A stretch of 64,000 nt of DNA from Actinomycetales bacterium (GCA_045807245.1 JBJMHS010000051.1:6044-70043); one strand, 5' to 3'. Counted from the first letter of the stretch, positions 1-9,316 are shown. The notes: generated by a model not told the origin, from the letters alone. A program made the numbers and translations.

Positions 1-558
1 GTCCTCAGCCTGGCCGGCGTACCACTCCTGCCGGAACCGGCGGCCCACCTGGGGATGGGCCTGCATGAAGACTCCCGGCTGGGCACCGTCGACACCGGCG
101 TGGAAGCTGCCCTCGGTGCTCACCACGTTGCCTCGTCGGTCGAGCTCCGCCGTGTCCTCGCCGAAGTACCAGACGTTCCCGCAGCGGTCCTGGGCGTAGT
201 AGTCGGACGTGCGCTCCTCCAGGACGCCGTTCTCATAGAGCCGGTCCTCGACGATCCTGGTGCGCACGCCGTCGACGACCCGCGTGCGCGGGCTGGCGAC
301 GACGATGTCGACCACGGACATGCGGTCCTTGACCCCGGTGTAGACGTAGGTACGCCCGACCGGGAACGGAGACCAGCGGTTCGTCACGTTCGCCGAGAAG
401 TCGCCCGGCTCGATGGCGGGACGGTACGTCCTGCCCGGCCCGAACATCGGGAGCGGGCAACGCGCGGTTCCGGGAGCGGCGGACGCGCTGGGGCCCCCGG
501 ACGTGCCGGCCAGCAGTCCGAGAGCGGTCACCACGGCCGCGTACACACGACGAGACAT
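1..558 (-). CDS. secreted hypothetical protein, partial (3' end runs off the window)
   Basis: Absent from the ORF track because there is no stop codon inside the window. ATG at 558-556 is preceded by GGAGG. Translation starts MSRRVYAAVVTALGLLAGTSGGPSASAAPG (signal-peptide-like) and stays open to position 1 with a strong GC3 bias. It replaces the Arg/Gly-rich plus-strand ORF 55..633. Confidence 0.6.
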   Translation of the reverse strand, partial: MSRRVYAAVVTALGLLAGTSGGPSASAAPGTARCPLPMFGPGRTYRPAIEPGDFSANVTNRWSPFPVGRTYVYTGVKDRMSVVDIVVASPRTRVVDGVRTRIVEDRLYENGVLEERTSDYYAQDRCGNVWYFGEDTAELDRRGNVVSTEGSFHAGVDGAQPGVFMQAHPQVGRRFRQEWYAGQAED

Positions 559-629
559 CGGAGTCCTCCGTCCGCCGGCGACGGGCGCGCCGGCCGACGC
601 CATCGGACTCTCACGGTGCTAAGAGCAGG

Positions 630-1112
630 ATGAGTGCGACGTGCCACAGTGGGCCGATGCGACCCAGCCTGTTCGAGTACGCCGGCGGCGCGCCCGCGCT
701 CACCCGGCTGGTCGAGGCCCACCATGCCCGGTGCCTCGCCGACCCCGAGCTGAACCACCCCTTCTCCCACGCAGACGGCAACCCACAGCACCTGCAGCGG
801 CTCGCCGCGTACTGGGGCGAGGTGCTCGGTGGCCCGTCGACGTACAGCGAGCAGTACGGCGACCAGGCCGTCGTGCTCTCCATGCACTCCGGCAACGGCG
901 ACATGAGCGATCTCGGTCGCCGGTTCGTGGACTGCTTCGTGGCGGCGGCCGACGATGCCGGGCTCCCGGACGACCCGGAGTTCCGGAGCGCTCTGCGGGC
1001 CTACATGGAGTGGGCCGTCGGGGTCGTCGTGGCGTTCTCGCCCGACGAGCCGACGACGGCCGACCCCACACCCATGCCGCGCTGGTCCTGGGACGGCCTG
1101 CAGCGCTCCTGA
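630..1112 (+). CDS. truncated-hemoglobin-like (group II globin-like) protein
   Basis: 160 aa. PSLFEYAGGAPALTRLVEAHHARCLADPELNHPF and AAYWGEVLGGP resemble trHb/YjbI-type globins. The start may instead be the second ATG at 657. Confidence 0.6.
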   Translation: MSATCHSGPMRPSLFEYAGGAPALTRLVEAHHARCLADPELNHPFSHADGNPQHLQRLAAYWGEVLGGPSTYSEQYGDQAVVLSMHSGNGDMSDLGRRFVDCFVAAADDAGLPDDPEFRSALRAYMEWAVGVVVAFSPDEPTTADPTPMPRWSWDGLQRS

Positions 1113-1583
1113 CTACACGCCGCTGACCGTCCCGCTCGCGGAGATGACGACAGAGACCACGTTGGACGGGTCACCCTCGGTGCAGCCGATGAAGTACCCC
1201 TGCACGTGGTAGGTGCCGCTGCCCGTCACGTTCCTGTAGGCCTTCGTGCCGTCGATGATCGTGAAGGTGCCGCTCTCGGTGAACCGGCCGAGGCAGGTGG
1301 TCGGGTCGAACGACTCCCGGTGCGTGGTGGCCGTGTGCCTGATCCGCAGCACGCCGTCGGGGAACACGAACCGGTCGCGACGGTCGTTGACCTGGACGTC
1401 CGTGCCCCGGGCGTGGATCGGGCCGGTCGCGACGACCGGCGGGTTGCCGGTCTCGCTGGTCTGCACGACGAGGAAGTGCTGGGTACCCGAGCTGGTCGTG
1501 GTGCCTATGGCGGAGGGAGCAACCCCGCCCACGACGAGAGCAACCGCGCTGGCAACGCTGAGTACGACATGACGACGTTTCAC
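1113..1583 (-). CDS. secreted hypothetical protein
   Basis: GTG start with GGAGG 5 nt upstream. N-terminus MKRRHVVLSVASAVALVVGGVAPSAIG looks like a signal peptide. No family recognised. Its stop directly abuts the stop of the convergent globin gene. Confidence 0.6.
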   Translation of the reverse strand: MKRRHVVLSVASAVALVVGGVAPSAIGTTTSSGTQHFLVVQTSETGNPPVVATGPIHARGTDVQVNDRRDRFVFPDGVLRIRHTATTHRESFDPTTCLGRFTESGTFTIIDGTKAYRNVTGSGTYHVQGYFIGCTEGDPSNVVSVVISASGTVSGV

Positions 1584-1658
1584 GACAACCTCCGAAGACC
1601 GGCCGACCCCCGAGGTGACGTCTCGACGGTCCTCCGCCTTGCCGGACCGGTCAAGGGG

Positions 1659-2360
1659 TCAGGTGAGCCGGCCGCCGTCGGCGCGGGCCAGGTCGACCAG
1701 TCGCTTGGCCAGCTCGCGCAGCTTCACGTTGGCCTCCTGCGACTGGCGCGACAGGACCTGGAAGGCGGCGGCCTCACCGATGCCGTAGCGCTGCATGAGC
1801 AGTCCCTGGGCCACGCCGATCGTGTGGCGGGACTGCATCGCCGTCTCCAGATGCTCCTGCTTGCGCGCCGCCGAGATGGCGGTCCCGGCGTGCGCGGCAT
1901 AGATCTGGGCGGTGATGATGGCGTCCTCGTCGTAGGCGTCGAGCGTCATCGAGTACAGGTTCATCGCGGCGTGCAACGGAGCCGGCCCGGTGAGCTGGAC
2001 GGACAGCACGGTCAGGATGCCCAGGTCAGCCGCTCGAGCGCACCAGCGCGGCCAGCGCTCGTCGGTCCGGGTGTCGCGGACCAGGTAGGTGTCGTCCGTC
2101 AGGGCGGCACTCAGGCAGGGTCCCTCGCCGAGCTCGTGCTGGGCCTGGTCCAGGTCGCCGATGAGCGGGTCCGTGGCGGCGGCCGTCTCCAGGCTGTCCT
2201 TGCGGGTCATCGTGAACCCGGCGTAGTCGCAGCCGGGGATGCGGTTCTGGGCCATCTCGACGACCCGCTGCACGGTCTGCTCGGTGTCCGGCTCACGGGC
2301 CAGCTCCTGGCTGATCCGGGCGAAGGCGGCCGCGTCGTCCGACGAGAGCTGCGAGGTCAC
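1659..2360 (-). CDS. GAF + ANTAR domain RNA-binding antiterminator-type regulator
   Basis: 233 aa. GAF-like N-terminal half. The C-terminal part HLETAMQSRHTIGVAQGLLMQRYGIGEAAAFQVLSRQSQEANVKLRELA is a typical ANTAR helix pattern. Confidence 0.8.
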   Translation of the reverse strand: MTSQLSSDDAAAFARISQELAREPDTEQTVQRVVEMAQNRIPGCDYAGFTMTRKDSLETAAATDPLIGDLDQAQHELGEGPCLSAALTDDTYLVRDTRTDERWPRWCARAADLGILTVLSVQLTGPAPLHAAMNLYSMTLDAYDEDAIITAQIYAAHAGTAISAARKQEHLETAMQSRHTIGVAQGLLMQRYGIGEAAAFQVLSRQSQEANVKLRELAKRLVDLARADGGRLT

Positions 2361-2477
2361 AAGACCGTCCGTTCGTCGAGCAGGGGTCGAAGTGGCTCGC
2401 CCGACCTTTAGCAGGCGCCACTCAGTATGCCCTTCGCGTTCACCGAACGTATTACGACGTGTGTTCTAATGACAGCC

Positions 2478-3404
2478 ATGCGGTGGCAGGTGGCCGACCA
2501 GGCCGAGGACCCACAGCCTGCGCTGTTCGGTGTCCGCGACGTGGTCGGTGTGGACGAGGGCAGTGCCCGCCTGTCCGGGCTCGAGCTCATACCCGTGACC
2601 GCCCGACGCATTCTCAACCAGGTGCCGCCCACGTCGGCGATGCCGTTCCGCTGGACCATCAACGCCTACCGGGGCTGCAGCCACGCCTGCACCTACTGCT
2701 TCGCGCGGCCGACCCACGAGTATCTCGGGCTGGACGCCGGAGCGGACTTCGACCGCAAGATCGTCGTCAAGATCAACGCCGTCGAGCGGCTCCGGGCCGA
2801 GCTGGCCGACCCGCACTGGCGGCACGAGCACGTCGCCATGGGAACCAACACGGACCCCTACCAGCGGGCGGAGGGACGGTTCCGGCTGACCCGGGGCATC
2901 ATCGGCGAGCTGGCCCGTTCCGGCACGCCGTTCTCGATCCTCACCAAGTCGGCCATGGTCACGCGTGACCTCGACGTGCTGCAGGCCGCCAGTCGGAGCG
3001 TTCCCGTCAAGGTCACCTTCTCGGTCGGCACGGTCGACGAGACCGTCTGGCGGGCAACCGAACCGGGCACTCCCCACCCCGCTCGCCGCCTCGACGCCAT
3101 GAAGGCTCTCGCGCGGGCCGGGATCCCCACCGGCGTCCTGCTCGCGCCGGTCCTGCCGGGGCTGTCCGGCGGCCGACCACAGCTGAGAGCGACCGTGGCC
3201 GCCGTACGCCAGGCCGGAGGGTACGTCGTGGGCTCGCGCACCCTGTATCTGCGCGGCGCGACGCGAGATCACTTCCTGACCTGGCTCCAGGGTTACGACC
3301 CGCAGCTGCACGCGCGCTACCTCAAGGCGTTCCGTGGGCGGACCGAGATGCCGAAGGAGTACGACGCGTGGGTCCGCTCGGTGATCGCCGAGGCCCAGGC
3401 GTGA
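2478..3404 (+). CDS. radical SAM protein, Rv2578c / SplB-like DNA-repair-photolyase family
   Basis: CSHACTYCFA is a CxxxCxxC radical SAM cluster motif inside RGCSHACTYCFARPTHEYLGL. Start chosen at MRWQV; alternative starts are at 2469 and 2427. Confidence 0.75.
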   Translation: MRWQVADQAEDPQPALFGVRDVVGVDEGSARLSGLELIPVTARRILNQVPPTSAMPFRWTINAYRGCSHACTYCFARPTHEYLGLDAGADFDRKIVVKINAVERLRAELADPHWRHEHVAMGTNTDPYQRAEGRFRLTRGIIGELARSGTPFSILTKSAMVTRDLDVLQAASRSVPVKVTFSVGTVDETVWRATEPGTPHPARRLDAMKALARAGIPTGVLLAPVLPGLSGGRPQLRATVAAVRQAGGYVVGSRTLYLRGATRDHFLTWLQGYDPQLHARYLKAFRGRTEMPKEYDAWVRSVIAEAQA

Positions 3405-3406
3405 AG

Positions 3407-5473
3407 CTAGCCGAACAGCTCACCGAGGGTCGGGATCGCGACCCGGGCCACGGTGGCGTCCGCGACCTCCGCGACCGGCGTACGGCGCGGTTGGCGTACG
3501 TCCATGACGGCCACTGCGGCATCGGTCAGGAACCGGCTCTGCTGGGCGAAGCTGTGCTTGTCGTCACGGGCCCGGCGGTGGTGCGGCATGCGCAGCGGCG
3601 TGTACACGTTGAGCGCCTCCCGGGCCCGGGTGACGGCGACGTAGAACAACCGGTGCTCCTCGGCCAGCCCCTCTTTGGAGGACAGCGCCATGTCCGACGG
3701 GAACGAGCCGTCGACGGCGTGGATCACGTGCACGACCTCCCACTCCAGACCCTTGGCCGAGTGCACGGTGGAGAGGGTCACGAAGTCCTCGTCCAGATGC
3801 GGCGGCTTGGCGTAGTCGCCGGTGCTCTGGGGCGGGTCCAGCGTGACCTCGGCCACGAACGACGCCAGGTCGCCGGCGCGCGCCGCCGCCTCGGCCAGCC
3901 GCTCCACGTCGCCCATCCGGGCGGCGGAGTCCCGGTAGCGCTCCCGCACCAGGGGGCGGATCAGGCCGGCGCAGGCGGACGCCTGGTCGGCGACCCCTCG
4001 ACCCGCTCCGGCCGCGACGAGCGCGTCCAAGGTCTGGGTCACCCGCGTCCGTGCGGCACTCGGGGCGGCCGCCGCGACGGCGTTGACGTCGGTCGGGTCG
4101 GCCAGCAGCAGCTCGAGCAGCACTCGCGCCGTGGCGGGCCCGACTCCCTTGTGCAGCCGCAGGATCCGGAACCACGCGAGCTCGTCGCTTGGGTTGTCCA
4201 GGAGGCGCAGGCTGGCCAGGTAGTCCTTGACGTGCGCCGCCTCGAGGAACTTCAGGCCGCCGTACTTGACGAACGGGATCCGCCGCGCGGTCAGCTCCAG
4301 CTCCAGCAGGTCGGAGTGGTGGGCCGCGCGCATGAGCACGGCGTGGTCGCGCAGCCGGCCACCCTCCTCGAGGCCGGCGAGCAACGACGCAGCGATCTGG
4401 CGGGCCTCGTCCGGCGCGTCGTAGCACCGCACCAGCCGCGGCCGCGACGCCGGTGACACTGACTCCGGTGCCGCCGTCCGGTCGGCGTGCAGCGTGAGCT
4501 GGCCCTCGCCGTCGCCCGGCCGCACCACGTTGGCCAGGTCGAGCAGGGCCTGCCGGGAGCGGAAGTTGCGCTCCAGCTTGACCGTCCGTGCGTCCGGGAG
4601 CGCCTGCGCGAGGTCGAGCAGGTGGCCGCTGGCCGCACCGCGGAAGGCGTAGACCGCCTGCGCGTCGTCACCGACCACGGTGAGCCCCTGCCCGCCGGGC
4701 CGGAGTCGTTGCACGATGTCGACCTGGATCTGGTTCACGTCCTGGAACTCGTCCACCAGCACGTGGTCCCAGCGGCCGCGCAACCGCTCCCCCGTCACCG
4801 GGTCGTCGAGGAGCGCCCGCCAGGTCAGCAGCAGGTCGTCGAAGTCGAGCAGACCGCGCTCGCGCTTGCGGGCCACGAAGGCGCGCAGCAGGCCCAGGAC
4901 CGCATCCGCATGCGGCTCGACCCACGGGTAGTCGTCGGCGATGACCTGGCGGGCAGCGCGCCCGGTGTTGACCGAACGGGAGTAGATGTCGGCGATGGTC
5001 GCCGGCCGGGGCAGCCGGTGGTTCGCCGATGGGCCGGACCCCACGCCCGCCGTCAGTCCGAAGTCCTCACGCATCAGGTCGACCAGGTCGGCGACATCGC
5101 CCGGGTCGACCACCGACACCGACGCCAGGCCCAGCGCCGAGCAGTGCTCCGCGATCAGTCGGTGCGCCACGGCGTGGAAGGTGCCGCCCCAGACGCGGCT
5201 CGCGGCGGCCGAGTCCCCGCAGAGTGCGGCGACGCGGCCGAGCATGTCCTCGGCCGCGCGCCGGGTGAAGGTCAGCAGCAGGACGCGCTCCGGTGGCGTG
5301 CCCGACTCGAGCAGCGCCGCGACCCGGCTGGTCAGGGTGCGGGTCTTGCCGGTGCCGGCGCCGGCGAGGACGACGAGGGGCTCGGTGCCGTGGATGACCG
5401 CGGCGAGCTGCTGGTCGTCCAGGCCGGCGTCCCAGGCAAGGTCTGCGACCGCGGTCGCCGAGGAGTCGTACAC
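3407..5473 (-). CDS. UvrD/PcrA/Rep-family ATP-dependent DNA helicase
   Basis: 688 aa. Walker A AGAGTGKTRTL, motif LLLTFTRRAA, Walker B-like VLVDEFQDVN, and C-terminal STVHSAKGLEWEVVHV / YVAVTRAREAL. Confidence 0.9.
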   Translation of the reverse strand: MYDSSATAVADLAWDAGLDDQQLAAVIHGTEPLVVLAGAGTGKTRTLTSRVAALLESGTPPERVLLLTFTRRAAEDMLGRVAALCGDSAAASRVWGGTFHAVAHRLIAEHCSALGLASVSVVDPGDVADLVDLMREDFGLTAGVGSGPSANHRLPRPATIADIYSRSVNTGRAARQVIADDYPWVEPHADAVLGLLRAFVARKRERGLLDFDDLLLTWRALLDDPVTGERLRGRWDHVLVDEFQDVNQIQVDIVQRLRPGGQGLTVVGDDAQAVYAFRGAASGHLLDLAQALPDARTVKLERNFRSRQALLDLANVVRPGDGEGQLTLHADRTAAPESVSPASRPRLVRCYDAPDEARQIAASLLAGLEEGGRLRDHAVLMRAAHHSDLLELELTARRIPFVKYGGLKFLEAAHVKDYLASLRLLDNPSDELAWFRILRLHKGVGPATARVLLELLLADPTDVNAVAAAAPSAARTRVTQTLDALVAAGAGRGVADQASACAGLIRPLVRERYRDSAARMGDVERLAEAAARAGDLASFVAEVTLDPPQSTGDYAKPPHLDEDFVTLSTVHSAKGLEWEVVHVIHAVDGSFPSDMALSSKEGLAEEHRLFYVAVTRAREALNVYTPLRMPHHRRARDDKHSFAQQSRFLTDAAVAVMDVRQPRRTPVAEVADATVARVAIPTLGELFG

Positions 5474-5499
5474 GTGTTCGACTGTACGAGAGCCGGGAG

Positions 5500-6714
5500 C
5501 TAGTGTCGAGCACCCCCGCCGCGGGCGCGCGGCAGCACCATCGTGAACCGAGCGCCCTCGCCAGGGACGGCATGGATGTCCAGGCGTCCGGCGTGCGCCC
5601 GCACGACCTCGTCGACGAGCGCAAGGCCGAGCCCGAAGCGGCGCGGGCTGCCGCCGGTCGTCCCGCCGCGGGAGAAGCGCTCGGTGAGCCTGGGATGCTC
5701 TGCGGGGTCGAACCCCTCGCCGTCGTCGGTCACGGTGACGTGCACCCAGCGCGCGTCACCGCCCACGCCGACCACGACTCGGCCGCCGTGCGTGTGCTCG
5801 ATGGCGTTGTCGACCAGTGCGCCGACGGCGCGGCGCAACGCGGCTGGGGCCCCGGCGACGACCCAGGCGCCGTCCTGCACCCGGGCGTCGAGCGCCGTAC
5901 CGGTCTGCTCGGCGTACGGGCGCAGGCTGCGGACGAGGGACTGGGCCAGAGCGCCCGTGTCGACCGGCTCGCCGGCGATGGCGTCGCCCTGCAGCTGGGC
6001 CGACAGCAGGAGGTCCCCGACCACGTCACCGAGCGAGGAGGTGTCCGTGATGAGCTGGTCGAGCTCGTGCCGCTGGGCGTCCGGGACCTGGCCGGCGAGC
6101 CGCCGGCGCAGCAGCTGAGCCCGGGTCTGGATGACGGTCAGCGGGGTCCGCAGCTCGTGGCTCGCGTCCGTGACGAAGCGTCGTTGCAGGGCGAGCGCCT
6201 CGGCGAGCGGCCGGACGGCCCGGCGCCCGATCAGCAGGCCGACTGCGGCAGCCAGCGCGATGCCGGCAACCCCGGCAGCGACGGCGCTCCAGACCAGCCG
6301 GCGTTGCAGCCGAGCGTGCCCGGCCAGGTCGTACGCCGCGACGAACTGCCGTCCGTCCCGCACCTCGGCCGCGTAGACGGTGAAGTGCCGGCGCCCGAGG
6401 TCGAACGGGGCGTAGCCGGCGGGCCGGCCGGCCAGAACGCCCAAGCCCGCTGGACTGCCCGGCGTCGTGGTGACCGTTCCGGCCCGAGCCTCGACCAGCA
6501 ACACGCCCGGCGGCGGGTCGTCGACGTCGTCGGCCGTCCGGGCCGCCTCCCGGACGGTGCGCTGGATCTCGCCGTGCTGCGCGCGGTCGAACGCAAAGGC
6601 CAGCCCGGCGACGGCGAGGGCGACGACGACGGCCAGTACGCCGGCCGACTGGAGGGCCACGCGCCGGGCCGCGGTCCGGAGCAGGCACTGCTCGGCCGCG
6701 TCCGCCCGGATCAC
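5500..6714 (-). CDS. sensor histidine kinase (two TM, HAMP, HisKA, HATPase_c)
   Basis: H-box DASHELRTPLTV, N-box DNAIEHT, plus DDGEGF and GLGLALV. The GTG start at 6714 overlaps the response-regulator stop (GTGA). The 173 aa upstream in the 577-aa track ORF are an out-of-frame overlap with the RR gene. Confidence 0.85.
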   Translation of the reverse strand: MIRADAAEQCLLRTAARRVALQSAGVLAVVVALAVAGLAFAFDRAQHGEIQRTVREAARTADDVDDPPPGVLLVEARAGTVTTTPGSPAGLGVLAGRPAGYAPFDLGRRHFTVYAAEVRDGRQFVAAYDLAGHARLQRRLVWSAVAAGVAGIALAAAVGLLIGRRAVRPLAEALALQRRFVTDASHELRTPLTVIQTRAQLLRRRLAGQVPDAQRHELDQLITDTSSLGDVVGDLLLSAQLQGDAIAGEPVDTGALAQSLVRSLRPYAEQTGTALDARVQDGAWVVAGAPAALRRAVGALVDNAIEHTHGGRVVVGVGGDARWVHVTVTDDGEGFDPAEHPRLTERFSRGGTTGGSPRRFGLGLALVDEVVRAHAGRLDIHAVPGEGARFTMVLPRARGGGARH

Positions 6715-7373
6715 GCCTCCCCCATGCGGTAGCCGAGACCGTGGACCGTCCGCACCGCGTCGCGGCCGAGCTTGCGCCGCAGGTAGTGCACGTAGGTGTC
6801 GACGGCACCCGGAGTGTCGGCACCCTCGAACACGAGTGCGAGAAGCTCCTCGCGGGTGAAGACGCGGGACGGACGTCGAGCCAGTGTGGCCAAGAGCTCG
6901 CTCTCGCGACGAGACAGCTGGACCTCCGAAAGTCCTTCTCCCACCACACGATCCGCGTCCACGATGAGCCGGCGGACACCGAGCGATAGCTGCTCCGCCT
7001 GCTCGGTCGGCCGCCGGAGCAGGGCACGCAGCCGCGCCAGGAGCTCGTCGATGTCGAACGGCTTGACCAGGTAGTCGTTGGCTCCGGCGTCGAGACCCTC
7101 GACGCGATCCGCGACGGTGCCGCGAGCAGTCAGCATCAGGATGGGTACGGTCACGCCGCGGGACCGTAGGCGCGCCAGCAGGTCGACGCCCTCGATCGCG
7201 GGGAGGCTGCGGTCGAGAACGATGACCTCCCACTCCCGGGACAGGCCCAGGTGCAGCCCCTGCTGGCCGTCGTGTGCGACGGTCACGGCGTACTCCTCCT
7301 CGTCCAACAGGCCGGCCAGCAGGCCGGACAGCTCCCGGTCGTCCTCGACGAGCAGCAGCCGCACGCCGGTCAT
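6711..7373 (-). CDS. OmpR/PhoB-family response regulator
   Basis: REC domain (LLLVEDD, VIVLDRSLP, LMLTARG) plus a winged-helix C-terminus (VDTYVHYLRRKLG...VHGLGYRM). Confidence 0.9.
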   Translation of the reverse strand: MTGVRLLLVEDDRELSGLLAGLLDEEEYAVTVAHDGQQGLHLGLSREWEVIVLDRSLPAIEGVDLLARLRSRGVTVPILMLTARGTVADRVEGLDAGANDYLVKPFDIDELLARLRALLRRPTEQAEQLSLGVRRLIVDADRVVGEGLSEVQLSRRESELLATLARRPSRVFTREELLALVFEGADTPGAVDTYVHYLRRKLGRDAVRTVHGLGYRMGEA

Positions 7374-7387
7374 CGTGACACGCGGGC

Positions 7388-7418
7388 TCTCAGAAGCTTC
7401 TGAGAACGGACGCAGAAC
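7388..7418. promoter_or_regulatory. candidate operator: 18-bp perfect palindrome plus three 11-bp-phased nAGAAn repeats
   Basis: TCTCAGAAGCTTCTGAGA at 7388-7405 is a perfect palindrome. CAGAAG (7391), GAGAAC (7402) and CAGAAC (7413) are spaced exactly 11 bp apart. All lie in the 53-bp divergent gap between the RR gene (start 7373) and the flavocytochrome gene (start 7427). Confidence 0.4.
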
Positions 7419-7426
7419 GTCGAAGC

Positions 7427-8837
7427 ATGACGTCGACCTGGATCCCGGCGTACGGCCTCTGGCATCGACGGTGGCGGGACCGGCGGGCTGACCTGCTCGA
7501 GGCCGGTGCCGTCGGGTCGGTCGTCGTCGTGGCGGCCGGCTTCCTGGCCCGGGGCGGGGCCGCCAGCCTGGACTCCGGTGCCGCGCTCTTCATCGCGACT
7601 GGGCAGCTGACCGGCCTGGTCGCGACCGACCTGCTCCTGATCCAGCTGCTGCTGGCCGCGCGGCTGCCCTGGGTCGACCGGGTCTACGGCATGGACCGAG
7701 GCCTCAAGGCGCACCGCGTGCTCGGGCGGGTCACCGTTCCGTTGCTGGTGGTGCATGCCGGTGCGCTCGTCGTCGGCTACGCGGCCCAGGAGCGGCTCTC
7801 GCCCGCGACGGCATGGCTGGTCGAGCCCTGGCACATGCTGCACGGCGTACCGGACATGCTGACCGCGTTCGCATCCCTGACCCTCTTGGTCGTCGTGGCA
7901 GTCACCAGCGTCCGGCTGGCGCGGGCCCGCCTCGGCTACGAGCGCTGGCACCTGGTCCATCTGACCGCCTACGTGGCCGTCGTCCTCTCGTTGCCACCAG
8001 CTCGCCGACGGCACCGACATCGCCGGCCATCCGCTGGCCCGCGCGTACTGGCTGGCCCTGTACCTGCTGACCGCGGGCAGCATCGCGTGGTGGCGGTTCG
8101 CCGTCCCGTTCGGGCGCACTCTGCGCCACCGACCGTACGTCGAGCGGGTCGTACCTGAGGCGCCCGGCGTGTGGTCGGTGTGGGTCCGCGGCCGGCACCT
8201 GGACCGCATGGGGGCACAGCCGGGCCAGTACTTCACCTGGCGCTTCCTGAGTCGCGGGCTGCTGCTGTCCGGCCACCCGTGGTCGCTGTCAGCGCCTCCT
8301 GGACCCACCCGGATGCGGATCACCGTGCGCGATCTCGGCGACCACTCGCGGCGGATGCGCGAGCTGCGTCCCGGCACCCGCGTGATCGTCGAGGGGCCGT
8401 ACGGTTCGTTCACCGCGCAGCGGCGGACCCGCCGGCGCGTGACGCTTGTCGCCGCCGGCATCGGCATCACCCCCGTGCGCGCCTTGGCCGAAGAGCTGAG
8501 CCAGGAGTGGCACAGCCGTCCGGGCGACATCACGGTGCTGTATCGCGCGGACACACCCGAGCAGCTCGCGTTGGCGGACGAGCTCGGCCAGCTCGCCCGC
8601 CGGCGCGGTCTCGTCCTGCACCTGCTCGTCGGGCCGCCGGTCGAGGGGTCCTGGCTGCCCGCCGACATCTCGCGTGGCCGCCCGGACCATGTCGCTCTGG
8701 CCGGGTTGCTGCCGGAGCCGGCCCGGCACGACGTCTTCATCTGCGGCCCGCAGCGATGGATGGACCTCGTGCACGACTCGCTGCGTGCCGCGGGGGTGCC
8801 GCGCCGGCGCATCCACGACGAACGGTTCGCCTGGTGA
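7427..8837 (+). pseudogene. ferric-reductase-like transmembrane domain + FAD/NAD(P)-binding oxidoreductase, split by a 1-nt frameshift near 7994
   Basis: Frame A (7427 onward) gives TM helices up to HLVHLTAYVAVVLSL and then Arg/Pro-rich nonsense. Frame B, open from 7965, continues HQLADGTDIAGHPLARAYWLALYLLTAGSIAWW and runs into the FAD/NAD module (RVIVEGPYGSF, TLVAAGIGITP). Removing one C of the CC at 7994-7995 yields one 469-aa ORF. Confidence 0.7.
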
Positions 8838-9316
8838 GGCGCGCGACGGGCGCAAGCGTCGCCCTGCTGAGCTGCGCGGCGATCGTGGCCTCCTGGCGGA
8901 TCGGCGAGTCACCGCGCGGCACGTCGACGGCGCAGGGCGTGCACGTCGTGGAACCCGCACCGGGCGGCTCGGGCAGCGCGACCGTGAGCCCACGACCGTC
9001 AGCGACGGCCGGCACGTCGCCCCACGCCGCCGGGCCGGCCACCTTCACGGGTGCGACCGTCCAGACGCCGTACGGAGACGTGCAGGTCCGGGCGGTGGTC
9101 CAAGGCCGCCGACTGCTCGACGTCGTCCCGTTGCGCCTGACCGACAGCTCCGGTCGTTCGGTGTCCATCAGCGCCCGGGCCGCTCCCATCCTGCGCCGCG
9201 AAGCCCTGTCCGCGGGCTCGGCCCACATCGACACGGTCAGCGGTGCGTCGTACACCAGCCAGGCCTATATCGAAAGCCTTCAGTCCGCCCTGGACACCGC
9301 GCGGGCCGCCGCATGA
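8834..9316 (+). CDS. FMN-binding domain protein (flavinylation substrate) with N-terminal membrane anchor
   Basis: GTG start overlaps the upstream stop (GTGA). Hydrophobic N-terminus ASVALLSCAAIVASW. C-terminal DTVSGASYTSQAY carries the [ST]GA[ST] flavinylation motif (nt 9238-9249). Confidence 0.8.
   Translation: MRRATGASVALLSCAAIVASWRIGESPRGTSTAQGVHVVEPAPGGSGSATVSPRPSATAGTSPHAAGPATFTGATVQTPYGDVQVRAVVQGRRLLDVVPLRLTDSSGRSVSISARAAPILRREALSAGSAHIDTVSGASYTSQAYIESLQSALDTARAAA

Noticed and set aside
55-633. 192-aa plus-strand ORF at the window start.
   Set aside because: It is Arg/Gly/His-rich with no motif. The opposite strand gives a protein with an RBS, a signal peptide and sensible composition that runs off the window edge.
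2360-2478. Possible LexA SOS box or RecA-independent DNA-damage promoter in front of the radical SAM / helicase genes (GAAC...GTTC at about 2435-2456).
   Set aside because: The GAAC and GTTC halves are 14 nt apart, not the 4 nt of the actinobacterial SOS box. I could not find a convincing TGTC-type RecA-independent promoter motif.
5500-7233. Extended N-termini of several track ORFs: 577-aa kinase, 381-aa and 473-aa ORFs over 8171-10095, 526-aa kinase ORF, 494-aa oxidase ORF, 1574-aa giant ORF and 639-aa NarL-kinase ORF.
   Set aside because: In each case the upstream part overlaps a well-supported neighbouring gene out of frame and looks like low-complexity Arg/Pro/Gly sequence. Internal starts that form ATGA/GTGA overlaps or follow an RBS give proteins of canonical length.
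7985-8000. Programmed ribosomal frameshift as the explanation for the split flavocytochrome gene.
   Set aside because: There is no X-XXY-YYZ slippery heptamer, no long homopolymer and no obvious downstream pseudoknot at the shift site (TCGTTGCCACCAG). A simple 1-nt indel, either a mutation or a sequencing error, is more parsimonious.
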